Shown here one piece after another: positions 34,272-36,242 of a DNA stretch of 36,242 bases (within the stretch, counting starts at the first letter, position 1; each line of letters starts with the position of its first letter). The position numbers and the translations under genes were made by a program. The notes under the pieces are model-generated. The model searched no databases. It saw nothing but the letters and a program-made list of their open reading frames with translations, and was not told the origin of the DNA. This DNA comes from Candidatus Parcubacteria bacterium (GTDB lineage Bacteria; Patescibacteriota; Patescibacteriia; UBA9934; GWF2-40-263), in NCBI GenBank assembly GCA_016882235.1, contig VGKU01000003.1, positions 1-36,242 of the forward strand, given 5' to 3'.

Positions 34272-35471
34272 ATGAAGAAGTTTTTTAAAAAATTCCGCTT
34301 TTGTATGGAGGATGACATAAACCTGCTCCACCGTGCCAAACCGGCCGTGTTTGCGATTGATGCTTCCTCGGCGAACAAACAGCATCGCACGGGGGTTGAG
34401 CAGTATGCCTATCACCTCATTGAGGCGATGAAACGCGAGCCGCTCAGACAAGGGGAGCGGGTTTTTTTGTACGCGCCGTCCGCGTTGGAGGGTGCGTTGG
34501 CAGACGTGCCGTCCGGCTGGGAATCGCGCGTGCTCCCGTGGCGCCTCGGGCGCGGGTGGATGCAGGGGCGCGTCAGTTGGGAACTGCTGCGCCGCCGGCC
34601 GGATGTCCTGTTCGTCCCGTCACAGGGATTGCCAAGATTTTTTTTCGGCACACCCGTCGTCACGACCGTCCATGATGTCGCGTTTCGCCGCATCGGCGGC
34701 CTGTATGATCCCTCCGTGCGCCGTCGCCTTGCGCGCACGACACGCCGTGCCGTCAACACAGCCGCGCATCTTTTTGCTGTCTCCGAGACGACAAAGCGCG
34801 ACCTGCAGGAGTTCTACCATCTTGCCGATCACCAAATCACCGTGACGCCGCTTGCGGCGGACACAACCTTGTACCGTCGTCTTGATACGGCCGCTGTCGC
34901 AACGATTTTGCGCAAACTCCGGATTGGCCGCTCCTTTTTCCTGTCCGTCGGACGACTGGAAAAGAAGAAGAACATCGCGACCCTGATCCGCGCGTTTGAG
35001 CTGTTCAAACAGGACCGCGGGGTGGGGGATCCCTTTGAGCTTGTGCTTGCGGGCCCTGCTGGATACGGATATGGGGAGATCAAAGCAATGGCCGACCGGT
35101 CAAGCGCGCGCGAACTGATCCGCGAGGTTGGCTACCTGCCTGACGAGGAGATTGCCGCGCTCATGAACAGCGCAACGGCTTGTTGTTTGCCGAGCGCGTA
35201 TGAAGGGTTTGGTCTTCCGATCGTGGAAGCGATGTCCTGCGGCGCGCCGCTGATCCTTTCGGATATCCCGGTCCACCACGAGGTGGCGGGGGATGCGGCA
35301 CGGTACGCGCCGGTTGACGCGCCGGAGGTCTGGGCGCGGCAGATGGAAACGCTTGTCAGCGATACGGATACGCGAGACCTACAGGTGGAAAAGGGGACGG
35401 TGCGCGCGTCAGGTTTTTCGTGGGGGCACACGGCGCGGGCCACATGGTCGGTCATGAGAAGTTTGGTATAA
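34272..35471 (+). CDS. Glycosyltransferase family 4 (GT-B)
   Basis: TGVEQY, VTTVHD, VGRLEKKKN, YEGFGLPIVEAMSCG; start could be 34305. Confidence 0.9.
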   Translation: MKKFFKKFRFCMEDDINLLHRAKPAVFAIDASSANKQHRTGVEQYAYHLIEAMKREPLRQGERVFLYAPSALEGALADVPSGWESRVLPWRLGRGWMQGRVSWELLRRRPDVLFVPSQGLPRFFFGTPVVTTVHDVAFRRIGGLYDPSVRRRLARTTRRAVNTAAHLFAVSETTKRDLQEFYHLADHQITVTPLAADTTLYRRLDTAAVATILRKLRIGRSFFLSVGRLEKKKNIATLIRAFELFKQDRGVGDPFELVLAGPAGYGYGEIKAMADRSSARELIREVGYLPDEEIAALMNSATACCLPSAYEGFGLPIVEAMSCGAPLILSDIPVHHEVAGDAARYAPVDAPEVWARQMETLVSDTDTRDLQVEKGTVRASGFSWGHTARATWSVMRSLV

Positions 35472-35496
35472 TGAATCTATTCCCGCACGCAAACGT

Positions 35497-36242
35497 ATGG
35501 ACGAACTCATGAACGAATTGCGTCATCTCGGGCTCTCCGACAAGGAAGCGGCCGTGTATTTGGCATCGTTGGAGCTTGGTCCCGCGGCCGTGCAGGATAT
35601 CTCGCACAAATCCAAAATCAACCGCGCCACGACGTATGTGATGATTGAGTCGCTGGCCGCGCGTGGGCTTCTTTCCACGTTTGTGCGCGGCAAGAAACGG
35701 TTTTATGCGCCCGAGAGTCCAGAGCGTCTGCTGTCCATTTTGCGCGTCCAACAGCAAGAATTAGAAGAAAAGCGGCAAGAGTTTGAAAAAGCCCTCCCCC
35801 TGTTGTTTGCGTTGTACAACACAGAAGGGGCGAAACCGCAGATTCGTTATTTAGAAGGAGTGGAAGGACTCAAAACGCTGCGGCAAAATTTTGAAAAGCT
35901 CGAAGGAGAGTTTATCCAAATTCTCTCGTTCGACGACGCGGTGGTCTCGCGCGATCTTGCCCATGGGCGTCAATCGCATATTAACAATTTGAAAAATGAA
36001 CGGGTGCCGCATCGCATTTTGGCTGTGACGGATCATCCCGATCCCGACAAAATTCCAGAGGTGGGCGTTGGGGAATGGAGGATGATCCCTTACTCCGAGT
36101 TTCCGATGCATGGTGAAATTACCGTGCGGAGCAATCATGTGTTCCTCTTTTCGTATCGTTCGTCTATTCTGGCTGTCATTATCGTGAGCAAGGAGATTGC
36201 CGATGTGGTCCGTTCGCTGTTTAATCTTGCATGGAAGGGCGC
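35497..36242 (+). CDS. TrmB-family transcriptional regulator (runs off the window end)
   Basis: LGLSDKEAAVYLASLELG...INRATTY..IESL..RGL; TGgTATAAT at 35464-35472; no stop within the window. Confidence 0.85.
   Translation, partial: MDELMNELRHLGLSDKEAAVYLASLELGPAAVQDISHKSKINRATTYVMIESLAARGLLSTFVRGKKRFYAPESPERLLSILRVQQQELEEKRQEFEKALPLLFALYNTEGAKPQIRYLEGVEGLKTLRQNFEKLEGEFIQILSFDDAVVSRDLAHGRQSHINNLKNERVPHRILAVTDHPDPDKIPEVGVGEWRMIPYSEFPMHGEITVRSNHVFLFSYRSSILAVIIVSKEIADVVRSLFNLAWKG

Overview
This 36 kb window looks like chromosome from a Patescibacteria/CPR bacterium, probably Parcubacteria. That is inferred from gene content (DUF4012, DUF5667, C39-like peptidase, TM0106 nuclease, archaeal-type UMP kinase, short TsaB, TrmB regulator), the use of TGA as stop, and mostly SD-less starts. 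It carries: UvrD/PcrA helicase; an SOS cassette (lexA, two small ORFs, dinB); a strongly degenerate MetK homolog; a cyclophilin lipoprotein; a DUF4015 hydrolase; a frameshifted hpt; xseAB; pyrH; two NUDIX genes; rplJ-rplL with an L10 leader; a glycosyltransferase/DUF4012/mreB cluster; and a TrmB gene running off the end. No rRNA, tRNA, CRISPR array, transposase or integrase was recognised. The main observations are: (1) direct-repeat GAAC-N7-GAAC boxes over the lexA promoter and unannotated small proteins ahead of dinB; (2) a MetK with several active-site motifs replaced; (3) a nested palindromic repeat cluster, with a related element inserted in frame in a peptidase gene; (4) a 125-nt rod-like RNA candidate before mreB; (5) zinc-finger microprotein cassettes; (6) an overlapping bidirectional leaderless promoter. 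All family calls come from motif recognition by eye, not database searches.
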